Assembly: GCA_951406725.2 (NCBI GenBank) | Contig: OX597835.1 | Span: 13,764,001-13,828,000, forward strand | Source of the DNA: Octopus vulgaris | Taxonomy: Eukaryota | DNA: 64,000 nucleotides | Reading direction: 5' to 3' | Shown: positions 25,359 to 39,364 of the stretch, one piece after another | Layout of the letters: every line of letters begins with the position of its first letter | Position numbering within the stretch: position 1 is the first letter of the stretch | Notes under the pieces: generated by a model | What the model saw: only the letters and a program-made list of their open reading frames with translations | Databases searched by the model: none | Told to the model about the DNA's origin: nothing | Position numbers and translations under genes: made by a program

Positions 25359-25361
<3 letters not shown>
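25151..25361. mobile_element. hAT (Charlie-like) MITE
   Basis: TIRs CAGTGGTTTTCAACC / GGTTGAAAAGCACTG; 8-bp ATATATAT TSD restored if the adjacent Helitron is removed. Confidence 0.75.
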
Positions 25362-25403
<42 letters not shown>

Positions 25404-25875
25404 ATCCCTCGTCATATCACGGTTTATTATTTAAGCTTACATCAATTCCTCCGTAGTGTTGTTTTGCATTTATAATAAAATAAATATATACAAATTATAA
25501 AAATAATTTTAAAAAATTTACAATACAGTACTGTTTCTACTTTGTAGATTTTCACCCAATGCAGTGGGGTTTGGAACATAACAACCACGACAGTTGGTGT
25601 GTTGATGTCCTCATAACTTAGCAGTTTGGCTAAAAGAGACCAACAGAATAAGTACTAGGCTTACAAATAGTAAGTCTCAGGGTCGATTTGTTCAACTAAA
25701 ACATTTCAAGGTGGTGCTCCAGCAGAGCCACAGTCAAAATGACTGAAACAAGTAAAAAAGTAAAAGGGAAAAAATAATAACAAACACAAGGAAAGAGATG
25801 GGCCCAGGATGGTGTACTAAGAATGGGCACGAACCCTTTAGCATTCAGGTTAGTCTGTCGGATATAACACTTATA

Positions 25876-26112
25876 AGGCAGCGAGCTGGCAGAATCGTTA
25901 GCACGCCAGGCGAAATGCTTAGCGGTATTTCGTCTGCTGCTACGTTCTGAGTTCAAATTCCGCCGAGGTTGACTTTGCCTTTCATCCTTTCGGGGTCGAT
26001 TAAATAAGTACCAGTTACGCACTGGGATCAGTATAATCGACTTAATCCATTTGTCTGTCCTTGTTTGTCCTCTCTGTGTTTAGCCCCTTGTGGGTAGCAG
26101 TAAAGAAATAGG
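25876..26112 (+). mobile_element. SINE family B monomer
   Basis: Head AGGCAGCGAGCTGGCAGAATCG through tail AAAGAAATAG. Confidence 0.85.
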
Positions 26113-26305
26113 ATATAATACTTATTTATTCACAGTGCTTTGAATTAATCACACATCGCTTCATGATTTCACAGGTGTAATTGTTTATTTTTAGAAGGAC
26201 ATTGTAGGGTAGGTGTGAGTGGCTGGATCTGGCTCATTTGAACATAAAACAGGTAAAACATTTGGTGTGGACACTCATAACATTGGTAGTAATAAAAAAA
26301 AAAAG

Positions 26306-26712
26306 AGGCGCAGGAGTGGCTGTGTGGTAAGTAGCTTGCTAACCAACCACATGGTTCCGGATTCAGTCCCACTGCGTGGCATTTGGGCAAGTGTCTTCTG
26401 CTATAGCCCCGGGCTGACCAAAGCCTTGTGAGTGGATTTGGTAGACGGAAACTGAAAGAAGCCTGTCGTATGTATGTATATACATATAAGTGTGTGTGTA
26501 TATGTTTGTGTGTCTGTGTTTGTCCCCCCAGCATCGCTTGACAACCGATGCTGGTGTGTTTACATCCCCGTCACTTAGCGGTTCGGCAAAAGAGACCGAT
26601 AGAATAAGTACTGGGTTTACAAAGAATAAGTCCCGGGGTCGATTTGCTCGACTAAAGGCGGTGCTCCAGCATGGCCGCAGTCAAATGACTGAAAGAAGTA
26701 AAAGAGTAAAAA
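26306..26712 (+). mobile_element. SINE family A
   Basis: Full-length copy, head at 26306. Confidence 0.85.
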
Positions 26713-26920
26713 GTGACTAACTAAAAATAAATGAAATAATTATGTGGCGAACAAAAAAATGTAATGTTAGAGTCAATAACCGTGTTCCAATTGTAAACAA
26801 ATGACTGACACTCCACTGGTTACCATGACAAGGTTTCCAGTCGATCCAACCAACAGAACAGCCTGCTCGTGAAATTAATCGGCAAGTGGCTGAGCACTCC
26901 ACAGACACATGTATCCTTAA

Positions 26921-27141
26921 CCCTTTCGTTACTGTATTTATTTTGAGATGGTCTGTGTTTCTTTCAATTATTTTCAGTATAACAAAGAATTTAGTAAGAT
27001 TACTTAGTTATCATTAAGCAAGTGTTAGGAACATAAATTGTGACAAAGGTTTGGTGGAAGATTTTAATTCAAAACTTATGTAAACAAGACATTTGTACGA
27101 CAGAGCCAGAGCCGATTTCAGCCGGGTTGGTAACGAAAGGG
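26921..27141. mobile_element. piggyBac-type MITE, second family, inserted in a SINE
   Basis: TTAA|CCCTTTCGTTAC ... GTAACGAAAGGG|TTAA; related partial units at 3095-3630 and 4237-4886. Confidence 0.8.
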
Positions 27142-27529
27142 TTAATGTAGTCCTCAGGGAGTGAGTATCAGCGTGCCACAGAATGTGACAAGGCCAGTCC
27201 CTTTCAATTACGGGTACAACACATTTTTGCCAGATGAGTGGACTGCAGCAACATGAAATAAAGTATCTTACTGAAGGACAAGAATGAAATTCATGACCTT
27301 CTGGTTACGAGCAGAACACCCTACCCACTTAGCCATGCACCTTCAGTTCGTATAAACAGTATAACACATAGGGCAGGGAGCTGGCAAAATCATTAGCAAA
27401 CCGGGCGAAATGCCTAGCAGTATTTCGTCTGCCATTATATTCTGAGTTCAAATTCCATCAAGGTCGACTTTGCCTTTCATCCTTTCAGGATTGATTAAAT
27501 AAGTACCAGTTACACACTGGGGTTGATGC

Positions 27530-28025
27530 CATCATCATCATCATCAACATCATCATCATTGTTTAATGTCCGCTTTCCATGCTTGCATGGGTTGGACGAT
27601 TTGACTGAGGTCTGGCGAACCAGATGGCTGCACCAGGCTCCAATCTGATCTGGCAGAGTTTCTACAGCTTGATGCTGTTCCTAATGTCAACCACTCCGAG
27701 AGTGTAGTGGGTGCTTTTACGTGCCACCGGCAAGAGGGCCAGTCAGGCGGTACTGGCAACAGCCATGCTCAAATGTTGCTTTTTATGTGCCACCTGCATA
27801 GGAGCCAGTCCAATGGCACTGGCAACAACCTCGCTTGAATGTTTTTTCCACATGCCACCAGCACAAGTGCCAGTAAGGCGACGTAGGTAATGATCATACT
27901 CGAATGGTGCTTTTTACGTGCCACCGGCACGGAAGCCAGTTTGTTGCTCTGGCAACGATCACACTTGGATGGTACTCTTAGCGCTCCAGTAGCATGGATG
28001 CCAGTCATCGAATTTGATTTCGATT
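27530..28025 (-). mobile_element. Family C retroelement, long copy, nested in a family B SINE
   Basis: Collinear with 21436-21890. Confidence 0.8.
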
Positions 28026-28131
28026 TCGGTGTAATCAAATTAATCCCTTTGTATGTCCCTGTTTGTCCCCTCTATGTTTAGCTCCCTGTGGGCAATAAAG
28101 AAATAAATATAAACAGTATAAATATAAACAT

Positions 28132-28295
28132 AGGCGCAGGAGTGGCTGTATGGTAAGTAGCTTGCTTACCAACCACATGGTTCCGGGTTCAGTCCCACTG
28201 CGTGGCACCTTGGGCAAGTGTCTTCTGCTATAGCCTCGGGCCGACCAAAGTCTTGTGAGTGGATTTGGTAGACGGAAACTGAAAGAAGCCTGTCG

Positions 28296-28352
<57 letters not shown>

Positions 28353-28542
28353 TTGTGTCTGTGTTTGTCCCTCCAACATCGCTTGACAACCGATGCTGGT
28401 GTGTTTACGTCCCCGTAACTTAGCGATAGAATAAGTACTAGGCTTACAAAGAATAAGTTCTGGGGTCGATGTGCTCGACTAAAAGGCGGTGCTCCAGCAT
28501 GGCCTCAGTCAAATGACTGAAACAAGTAAAAGAGTAAAAGAG
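28132..28542 (+). mobile_element. SINE family A
   Basis: Near full-length copy, tail-to-tail with the next copy. Confidence 0.85.
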
Positions 28543-28637
28543 AGAGTATAACACAAGAAGCAGGACAACAAGCATAAAAGAGATTGGAATGGAGCAGTGG
28601 ATTGCTATATATTCTAACAGACACAAAATCAATTCTA

Positions 28638-29060
28638 TACTCTTTTTCTCTTTTTACTTGTTTCAGTCATTTGACTGCGGCCATGCTGGAGCACTGCCTT
28701 TAGTCGAGCAACTCGACCCCGGGACTTATTCTTTGTAAGCCCAGTACTTATTCTATCGGTTTCCTTTTGCCGAACCGCTAAGTGACGGGGACGTAAACAC
28801 ACCAGCATCGGTTGTCAAGCAATGCTAGGGGGAACAAACACAGACACACAAACATATTCACACACACTTATATATATATATATATATATATATATACGAC
28901 AGGCTTCTTTTCAGTTTCCGTCTACCAAATCCACTCACAAGGCATTGGTCGGCCCGGGGCTATAGCAGAAGACACTTGCCCAAGATGCCACGCGGTGGGA
29001 CTGAACCCGGAACCATGTGGTTGGTTAGCAAGCTACTTACCAAACAGCTACTCCTACGCC
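28638..29060 (-). mobile_element. SINE family A
   Basis: Full-length copy. Confidence 0.85.
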
Positions 29061-31410
29061 TATAATGCGTTTTTTTTTTTTTTTCTCTCTTTCACTTCTA
29101 AACGAAGACATAAAATCCAGTCTGAAGACAGGAAAACATGAGTGACTTTATAGAAGGTTATTTCTTTTATAGGTTGTTGGTAAATGGAGCAGAAGAAAGA
29201 TATGAAAAAATTATGGAACGAAGGTGAAAGATGAGAAGTGAATAATAGTTAATCAAGGGCGAAGGTAATTAATTGCTTGTGTTTGAGTGTTTATAATCTG
29301 TGCAAGTGCAATGAGAAGGTCATAAGAACAGAAAAACGGGGGATAGCTCACTGATGACATCATCAAATGCTAAAAGGGGGGAAAAAAAAAAAAAAAAGCC
29401 CATAAGAAAACAGAAAAATATTAATTAGCCTTGAAAATATTAATTAGTGAAGCAGTCGTTAAATTGTTTATTATGTTGGGTCACTGTTAAAACTGAGCGG
29501 AAAGTGTTCCAATTGAAGTATTATGAATTCTAGCAGTGGAATAAGGTCAGAGATTTGGAGAGAAAGAAGAGAGGAAGGAAGAAAGGAAAGAAAAGAATGA
29601 AAGAGAGAAAAAAGAAAGGAAGGAAGGAAGGGAATGATGGAGGAAGATAATCAATAAAATGGTATTTTATTTTATTGTCCCCTGAAGAACAAAATAAAAG
29701 CATTTTTTTTTCTCTATAAAAAGTGTATTTGCTTCAGGATTTATTTTTAGGTGTAAGATAGGGCAAACATGGCTGTAAGGTTAAGAAGCTTGCTTCCCAA
29801 CCACGTGGTCTTGGGTTCAGTCCCACTGTGCAGCGCTTTGGACAAGTGTCTTCTACTATATAACCCTGGGCTGACCAAAGCCTTGTGAGCGGACTTGGTA
29901 GATGGAAACTGAAAGAAGCCTGTTGGTTGTATGTGTGTGCCTGTATATATGAGTGTGTGTGTGTGTGTGGTTTGTGTGTATTCTTGTTTTGACATCACAT
30001 GATGGTCGTAAACAAGCATCACCATCATAGAAGCAGTGTTGTTCATTTCAAGTCTTCTGTGAAATGCATGTCAGGTCATGGGGAAATATTATCTTGCTTA
30101 CAAACAAGTGAGGGTTGGCGACAGAAAGGGTATCCAGTCGCAGAAAATCTGCCCCAACAAATTCCATCTGACCCATGCAAGCACAGATATTAAGTGATAA
30201 TGATGATGATGATGATGATGATCAAACTGGCTCCTGGTATTTGACTGATACATTATTTTAATGACCCTGGAAAGATGAAAGGATAAAAATTAACCTTGGC
30301 CATCTTAGAACTCAGAATACAAAGGGCTGCTGCTCTGCTCATTCTGCCAAACTATCGGACCATTCTAAGTATTACTAATAAACAATTTTGATCTAATTAT
30401 TCATTGTAGTTAGTAAATAACATTTGTGATTGTGCATATCTAGAACACAATCATCTGATGTCCTTCCCTTTTCTCAAGACAGTCGTGTAATTTCAGGAAT
30501 ATTTAGCTGCTGTTTCTAGACAGTTGAGAAACAACAAATAAAAAAAGATGCCTTCAGTGGAACTGAACCTGAGACCGTGCAGTTGAGAAACAAACTTCTT
30601 AACCATACATCCACACTGTTTTAATGCTTATTGTTTCTTGCTTGCATGAGTCAGACCAAATTCATTGAGGCAGATTTTCTACGTCTGGATGCTCTTCCCA
30701 TTGTCAACCCTCTACTCTTCCAAACCAATGTGCTTTCACAGGAGACTGCTAGCAAACAGTACCATGATGGTGACCACCATCATCATCATCATTTAACATC
30801 CATTGTCCATGCATGCATGGGTAGGACAGTTGGCAGGAGCTGGCCAGGCAGAAAACCTACCCAAGGCTACTGTGTCTGTTTCGCCGGGATTTTACGGCTG
30901 GATGCCCTTCATAGCACCAACTACTCTACAGAGTGGACACGGTGCTTTTTATGTAGCACTAGCACAGGCAAGGTTAGTTTAGGCCTGACTTTTACAGCTG
31001 GATGCCCTTCCAAACGCCAACCACATTACAGTGTGGACTGGATGCTGTTAACATGGCACCAGCACTGGCAGGGTAACTAAGTAACTCACAAGACAAGGAA
31101 TTATGGAGAGGGGCAGGGATATTTGAGGAGGGGATCTTGTGTCAGAGGATGAAAGGTTAGAGTGTGACAAGGAGACAGAGAGGAGATATTTGTTTACAAT
31201 TAGTATAAAATATCAAGACAAGGACACATACACCTAACAGGCTTCTTTTCAGTTTCCATCAACCAAATTCCGTCATTGGTTAGCCAGAGACTACAGTTAC
31301 AGTAGAAAACACTTGGCCAAGGTGCTGCATAGTGAAATTGAACCTAAAACCTCACAGTCTCAAAGCAAACTTCTTAAACACACACCAATGCCTGCAACTT
31401 ATATATATAT

Positions 31411-31640
31411 ATTTCTTTACTACCCACAAGGGGCTAAACGCAGAGGGGACAAACGAGGACAGACAAACGGATTAAGTCGATTACATCGACCCCAGTACGT
31501 AACTGGTACTTAATTTATCGACCCCGAAAGGATGAAAGGCAAAGTCGACCTCGGCGGAATTTGAACCCAGAATGTAACGGCAGACGAAATACGGCTGCGC
31601 ATTTCGTCCGGCGTGCTAACGTTTCTGCCAGCTCGCCGCC
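31411..31640 (-). mobile_element. SINE family B monomer
   Basis: Full-length reverse-complement copy. Confidence 0.85.
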
Positions 31641-32179
31641 TTGTAACTTATATGTGTGTGTGTGTGTGTGTGTGTCTTTCAGTGAGTAAAGCGAGATCTT
31701 TCTGTGTCCTGGTTGCAGTTACATATTAAACAAAAAAGCATAATATGGCCGCCCTATCTTTAACAGACATTCATTAACTAAATGTGTACACACTTTGTTG
31801 TTACTTCTACATATAGCATTTGAGAAAGCGACATTAGAATAAAAACCAACAACGAGAGTGAGACAGATATCAAATTATGAATGAACTGTCAATGAACTCG
31901 TTCTCTCTCTCTCTCTCTCTCTCAATTAAGGTTTTTATGATATCTGCAACTATTCAATTCTCTGGTTATTCTACTCCGAGATTCTGGTTTTAGGTCGACT
32001 AGTCGTGTTGATGTAAATACAAATATGATACCAGAGTTAGGCTATCCAATGTCGGTGTAGTTGCCGTTATTATTGTAGTTGGCGATGCTCTCAAAGAATA
32101 AGATAAACAGGAAGGCAGCCGGAATGGATTTCTGAGATTGGTAGAAGAACTTTAAAGCGTTAAAATAACAGTCATTTTT

Positions 32180-32415
32180 TTCTATTGTAGGAAGGACAAA
32201 GCCTGAAATTTGTGGGAGGGAGTGGTTAGGCAATTACGTCAAACCCAGTGACATAGCTGGTACTTATTTTATTGACCGCCAAAAGGGTGAAAGGTAAAGT
32301 CAACTCCATTGGAATTTGTATTCAGAAATGTAAAGCTGGGAAAATGCTGTTCAGAATTATAACTGGGATGCATATGATTCTAACAGCTCACCACTTTATT
32401 ATTATTATTATTATT

Positions 32416-32451
<36 letters not shown>

Positions 32452-32661
32452 GTGATGATGGTGGTGATGGTGATGACTCTTTCTACTGGAAGCACAAGGC
32501 CTAGAATTTTGGGGAAGGGTTTAAGTCGATTACATCAACCCCAGTGCGTAACTGGTACTTGTTTAACCGGCCCCAAAAGGATGAAAGGCAAAGTCGACTT
32601 CGGCAGAATTTGAAGTCAGAATGTGAAGACGGATGAAGTACCACAAAGCATTTTGCCCGGC

Positions 32662-32701
<40 letters not shown>

Positions 32702-32917
32702 TGATGATGATCTTTTCTACTGGAAGCACAAGGCCTCAAATTTTGGTGGGAAGGGATTAAGTCAATTACATCGATCCCCAGTACTCAATTGGTACTGGTA
32801 CTTATTTTTTTGACCCGAAAATCATGAAAGGCGGAATTTGAACTCAGAATGTAGCAGCAGATGAAATACCACTAAGCATTTCACCCGGCACACTAATGAT
32901 TCTGCCAACTCGTCGCT

Positions 32918-32961
<44 letters not shown>

Positions 32962-33165
32962 CCTTTCTATTATAGGCACAAGGCCACAAATTTGTGGGGA
33001 GGGGGATTAGTTGATTACATCAACCCCAGTGTTTCGTTGGTACTTAATTGATCGACCCCCAAAAGGATGAAAGGCAAAGTCGGCCTCGGCAGAATTTGAA
33101 CTCAAAACGTAGTGACAAGCTTTTCGCCCGGTGTGCTAACAATTCTGCCAACTCGTTACTTTAAT
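32180..33165 (-). mobile_element. Cluster of four same-orientation family-B-related SINEs separated by (TAA)n/(GAT)n
   Basis: Repeated ttctac...aggcc...aattt...gattacatc...ggtactt...gaaaggc...gaatttgaa units; a similar cluster lies at 8290-9385. Confidence 0.75.
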
Positions 33166-35884
33166 AATAATAATGATAATGATAATAATAAGAGAAAAAA
33201 TCCATGGAGTTTTGTGCTGGAATAGCTTTCCCTTGAAATTCCAGGGAAGGAAAAGGGGACAGGAATATAAAAGTAGTGGGAAAAACAAAACTAAAACTTT
33301 GAAAACAAAAAGAAAAGAAAATGGAGATATTTTTAGAATTGTAATTTCCATTTGTCTTTTTCCTTCCCCGTGTGGTATGGAACTTCGAAGGACACCAGTA
33401 TGAAAAAAAAAACACCAAAAAAAAGAAGGAAAAAAAAAAACATTGCGCTCGTTAACAATAAAGAGAGCAGAGGAAATGTGATTTGCTATGTTTCACTCTT
33501 TCCGCAACTGAAAATCCCAGACACCAGGTTATAAAGATGGAGAGATGATTTGTAAAAGAAAATGATTGGAAGAGAAGGAAGGAAAGAAACAAACACACAA
33601 ACACAAAGAAAAACAACAACAAACAAACAACATTGATGCTCTGGTACATGAGCACTAATAATAAATGTTCTACTCTACTAGTTGTCGATATAGACTAGCC
33701 AGTGATAAATATATATTTCTTCTTAACACAATTAGAATGCAATTTTTTTTTCCTTTTAGCTTTTTTAAATATTTTTTTAAAAAATTTTTGATGAACAGAA
33801 GATGCTGTGGTTTGTGTGGTTAACAAGTTTCATTACTAGCCATGTTGCCCATGTTGCTGCAGGTTCAGTCCCACTGTGTAGCACTTTGGGGCAAGGGTTT
33901 TCGACTAGAGCCCCCGGAATCAATCAAACAAAGCATTGTGAATGGACTTAGTAGATGGAAACTGAAAGAATCCCATCACGTGTGCATGTGCGTATGCACG
34001 CACGTGAGCATGTATATGGGCATGGCTGTGTGGTAAGAAGTTTGCTTCTCAACGAGAGGTAGTCATTATGGGTTGCTCAGCTTGCTAGAAATTGCAACCA
34101 AATCTCCCTGCAAATCAAGCTTCATCATCATCGTTTAACATCCACTTTCCATGCTAGCATGGGTTGGACGGTTCAGCTGGGGTCTGGGAAGCCAGAAGGC
34201 TGCACCAGGCCCAGTCTGACCTGGCAATGTTTCTACGGCTGGATGCCCTTCCTAACGCCAACAACTCTGTGAGTGTAGTGGGTGCTTTTTATGTGCCAGA
34301 TGAAGCTGGCAAACGGCCACGATCGGATGGTGCTTTTTACGTGTCATCGGCACAGGTGCCAGGCGAGGCTGGCAACGGCCACAATCGGATTGGTGCTTTT
34401 TACGTGCCAAAACAAAAACAAAACAAAAAGGCCATGGAATAATGTACCTAAAACAACCACCAAAACATTGAAAGTCTTTGTTTATTGGTCTGCTCATTTG
34501 GTTAACTCGGGGTTAAGCAACAACAACAACAACAACAGACATACATAAAGATAGTAGACAGTGGAGAAATGTATGACAGACTCAGATTGCTACACAGCCA
34601 CCACAGGGTGCACCCCTTGTGGCAGTGTGGTGTCCTGTGTGCCTCAGTGACTCTCAAAGCTTTGCCAGTGGATTGCAAGCTCTTGTTAGGGCCTTCCATG
34701 CTGGACAGGTCAAAGGAGAGGGGCCAAACTAATATGGTCTCCCTCTTCCCAGAGGTAAAAATGGGTTTGTGTACAGCCAACACCTCTATCCAAAAAATAA
34801 GCAAAATTACAGAAGCATCAATGACAACCGAAAACCAACAGGACGTAGGAGAGGAAGGCCCTTACCTCAAGGAAACGTATGATGTGGTACATCAAAATCC
34901 AAAAGGAAGCTTAAGAAGCAAGGATCCCGCTGGAGAGATGCAGGAAACACAACACAAAAGGGAGAACAATCGTCGATGGCCAATGCTTCACAGGGAGTGG
35001 GATGGGGCTTAAATAGGGCATAGCTGTGTGGTAAGAAGCTTGCTTCTCAACCACATGGTTCTAGGTTCAGTCCCGCTGTGTGGCACTTAGGGCAAGTGTT
35101 TTCTCAGGTCAACCAAAGTCTTGTGAATTGATTTGGTAGACAACTGAAAGAAGCCTTTCATGTATATTATATGCATGCATGCATGTAAGTATGTATGTAT
35201 ATGCATGTATGTATGTACGTATGTATATGCATGCATGTATGTATATGCATGTATGTATGTATGTATGTATATGCATGCATGTATGTATGTATATGCATGC
35301 ATGTATGTATGTATATGCATGCATGTATGTATGTATGTATGTATATGCATGCATGTATGTATGTATGTATATGCATGCATGTATGTATGTATATGTATAT
35401 AATTATGTATGTGTGCCTTTGTACCTGTGTCTGGCCCCCATCACCATTTCACAACCGGTGGTGGTGTGTTTACATCTCCATAACTTAGCGGGTCAGCAGA
35501 AGCGACCCTAACAATAAGTACTAGACTTAAAAAGTAAGTCCTGGGGGCAATTTGGTCGACTAAAAAACCCTTCGAGGCTGTGCTCCAGCATGGCCACAAT
35601 CAAATGCCTGAAACAAGTAGAAGATCAAAAGAGAACTGGTACACTGCATTACAAGCAAATAGGCCCCCAAAAATGTTTAATAGACAGAAGTATGGCACAG
35701 ATGGGGGTGTGAGTCTACGGGTCTAGGGGTCATACCTGGTCATTTGACTGACCACCTACGTGTTGTAGGCCTGTTCGAGCAGAGCTACTGTCTCAGAGAC
35801 ACATCAACCTGTTGTACCCCTAATTTTACTGCAGTTTGTATTCCTAATGTCAAATACTTTACAGTGTACTGGGTGCTTCTTATG

Positions 35885-36320
35885 TGGGAGATAGGGTGGA
35901 TGTAAGTGGTGGGTGTGAAGCAGCTGTGACAGCAAATGCGAGACTCGGCTGGGTGAAGTTCAGGGAATGTGGAGCATTGTTATATGGGGGGGGTGGGGAA
36001 GGTTCTCATTGAAGATGAAAGGAAGGGTCTATAAGAGTTGTGCGAGAGCTGCAATGCAGTATGGGAGTGAGACATGGTGCCTGAGAGAGAGAGAGATGGT
36101 AATTTTGAGAAGGACTGAGAGAGCAATGGTGAGAGAAATGCGTGGGGGTGAAGCCGTTTGATAAGAGGAGGACTGAGGACTTGATGGGGATGCTGGGGTT
36201 GGAGGAATCGGTGGAATGGTTGTCAAGGGTGAATGGAGTGAAGCCGTATGGGCATGTGTTGAGGAGGGATGAAGAGCATGCTCTGAGAAGGGTGATTGCA
36301 TTTGAGGTGAGAGAACGGTG
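35885..36320 (+). mobile_element. RTE-clade LINE ORF fragment, frameshifted
   Basis: GGCEAAVTANARLGWVKFREC.../RFSLKMKGRVYKSCARAAMQYGSETWCL...LRRTERAMVR. Confidence 0.85.
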
Positions 36321-36668
36321 AGAGAACAACAAGAAGAATTCGATATACTCACCTCACTTAATAGAAGACACAAACAGCACCAATGTCTAAGAAGCCCAAT
36401 TTGATCAGGCAACTTCTATAACACTTTTTATTTCTAAAATCACTTCCACAGCATCTTTCCTACTTTCTCCTGTTTTACATTGTGTAGCAGTTACCGACAC
36501 TTCCCAACAGCCATCTGAAAGAAAAAAGAGAAAAAAAGACCCTTTAAGGCAGTGCTCCAGCATGGCTGCAGTCAAATGACTGAAACATGTAAAAGAAAAA
36601 AAAAGAATAATGATATATATTTGTTGTGCAAGATTTTTTATGTGAAGTCGTGTGTTGAAACAGATATT

Positions 36669-36768
36669 NNNNNNNNNNNNNNNNNNNNNNNNNNNNNNNN
36701 NNNNNNNNNNNNNNNNNNNNNNNNNNNNNNNNNNNNNNNNNNNNNNNNNNNNNNNNNNNNNNNNNNNN
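36669..36768. other. Assembly gap (100 N)
   Basis: Run of N; the flanks are SINE A tail and head pieces. Confidence 1.
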
Positions 36769-37185
36769 TATATAGGCATAGACATTGCTGTGTGGTAAGA
36801 AGCTTGCTTCCCGAACCACACAGTTCCTTGTTCAGTCCCACTGCATTGCCCCTTGAGTATGTGTCTTCTACTATAGTGCTGAGCCAACCAAAGCCTTGTG
36901 AGTGCATTTGGTAGGTGGAAACTGAAAGAAGCCCTGTTGAGTGTGTGTGTGTGTGTGTGAGTGTACTCAAATATGAAAGCTGAGTCAATGAAATCACTAA
37001 GTAGTTTAAATGCACACTGATATCTAAGTCTCTAAAAAGTATTAGAAGAAGGGTACCCAGGGCTCATGACCTGGATGTGGTCCTCGCCTCCTTAGAGCGT
37101 AGGAAGTTAAGGACCAAAGCACTTGCCAGAAGTGGGTTTCTTTGAAAATCTTCTACTTTTCAGCTCTCTCAAGAACTTCTTACCA

Positions 37186-37776
<591 letters not shown>

Positions 37777-37852
37777 AAAAATGAGTTCAAAAATAAACAA
37801 TTCAAACTTTTTGTTTATAGTATATTTTTATACCTATAACGAAACTCCTCAA

Positions 37853-37893
<41 letters not shown>

Positions 37894-38372
37894 TATCAAT
37901 TAGCATATCCAGCCTAACCAGGATGTCATGTTTATAGTGCCATAGGCTGTGGTGAATGTCCAAAAAAAAACTATTTCTTGCAAACAACAAATGCTAAAAA
38001 AAGCATCAAAGTTTAGTCAACTGGTATATAATTTCAACACGTTTTACATTTGTTGTGTACGTGAAATGATTTTTTGAGACGTTCACCACAGTCTCCTCCT
38101 GCCTCAGAAACAACACATCCAAGTTGGGTTGGATGAGCTAATTAGCATTTGTTACTAAGGCTGCTTATGTTACTAATAGCTAATTTGTGTGTATGTGTCG
38201 TACATGTTCAAATATACAAATATAAACATATATATATATATATATATGTTTATATTTGCATACATCTATGTGTGTATATAAGTGTTTGTGTGTATATATA
38301 TATATATTATTTTATATAATAGGGTTCAGCAAAAAAAAAAGGATGTTGGGTGGGGGGGGGGGACAAACACAG

Positions 38373-38423
<51 letters not shown>

Positions 38424-39331
38424 TGACAGGCTTCTTTCAGTTTCCGTCTACCAAATCCACTCACAAGGCTTTGGTCAGCCCGAGGATATAGTAGAAGACA
38501 CTTGCCTAAGGTGTCACGTAGTGGGACTGAACCCGGAATCATGTGGTTGGTAAGCAAGCTACTTACCACACAGCCACTCCTGCGCCTATAAAAAACATCC
38601 TCATTAACGTTTTATACGTCAGACCTTAAACCTCGATATCTGAGCATTTCCTCCACATCCACATGATAGAAAGTTTAAATATTTTTGTCTTTGTATAGAG
38701 TCTGACGAGCTGTTCAGAAGGCTTTGGCCTTCATGGATAAGAAACGTTTGGTAACTCTATGACTGGAATTTAAACTTTTGTTTTATATATATATATATGC
38801 ACATGGCCTGGTGATTAGAGCAGCAGATTCGTGGTCGAGGCAAGGTTGTTTATGGATGACCACCAATCACCCATGCATACCAGCCTCTCCTCTCCACACC
38901 ACCAAAGTTACCCAAGGGAAAGGCAAAGGCCGATATGCAGCTGAGTGAACTGGAGCAACATGAAATAAAGTGTCTTGCTCAAGAACACAACATACAGCCC
39001 GGCCCAGGAATTGAACTCACTACCTCATGATTGTGAGCCCAACACTCTAACCACTGAGCCATGTGCCTTCATATATCATCATCATTATTTTGCGTCCGCT
39101 TTCCATGCTAGCATGGGTTGGACAGTTCAACTGGGGTCTGGGAAGCCAGAAGGCTGCATCAGGCCCATTCTGATCTGGCAGTGTTTCTACGGCTGGATGC
39201 CCTTCCTAACACCAACCACTCCCTGAGTGTAGTGGGTGCTTTTTACGTGCCACCAGCACGGGTGTAAATATATATATATACATACACGCATACACAATTA
39301 TACGCACAAATATAAACCCATACTTAAATAC

Positions 39332-39364
<33 letters not shown>

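Noticed and set aside
26306-26375. tRNA genes at SINE heads
   Set aside because: A/B boxes are present but there is no complete cloverleaf; these are heads of multi-copy SINEs
34569-35012. 147-aa ORF
   Set aside because: No recognisable domain or splice signals; resembles a degenerate LINE 5' region
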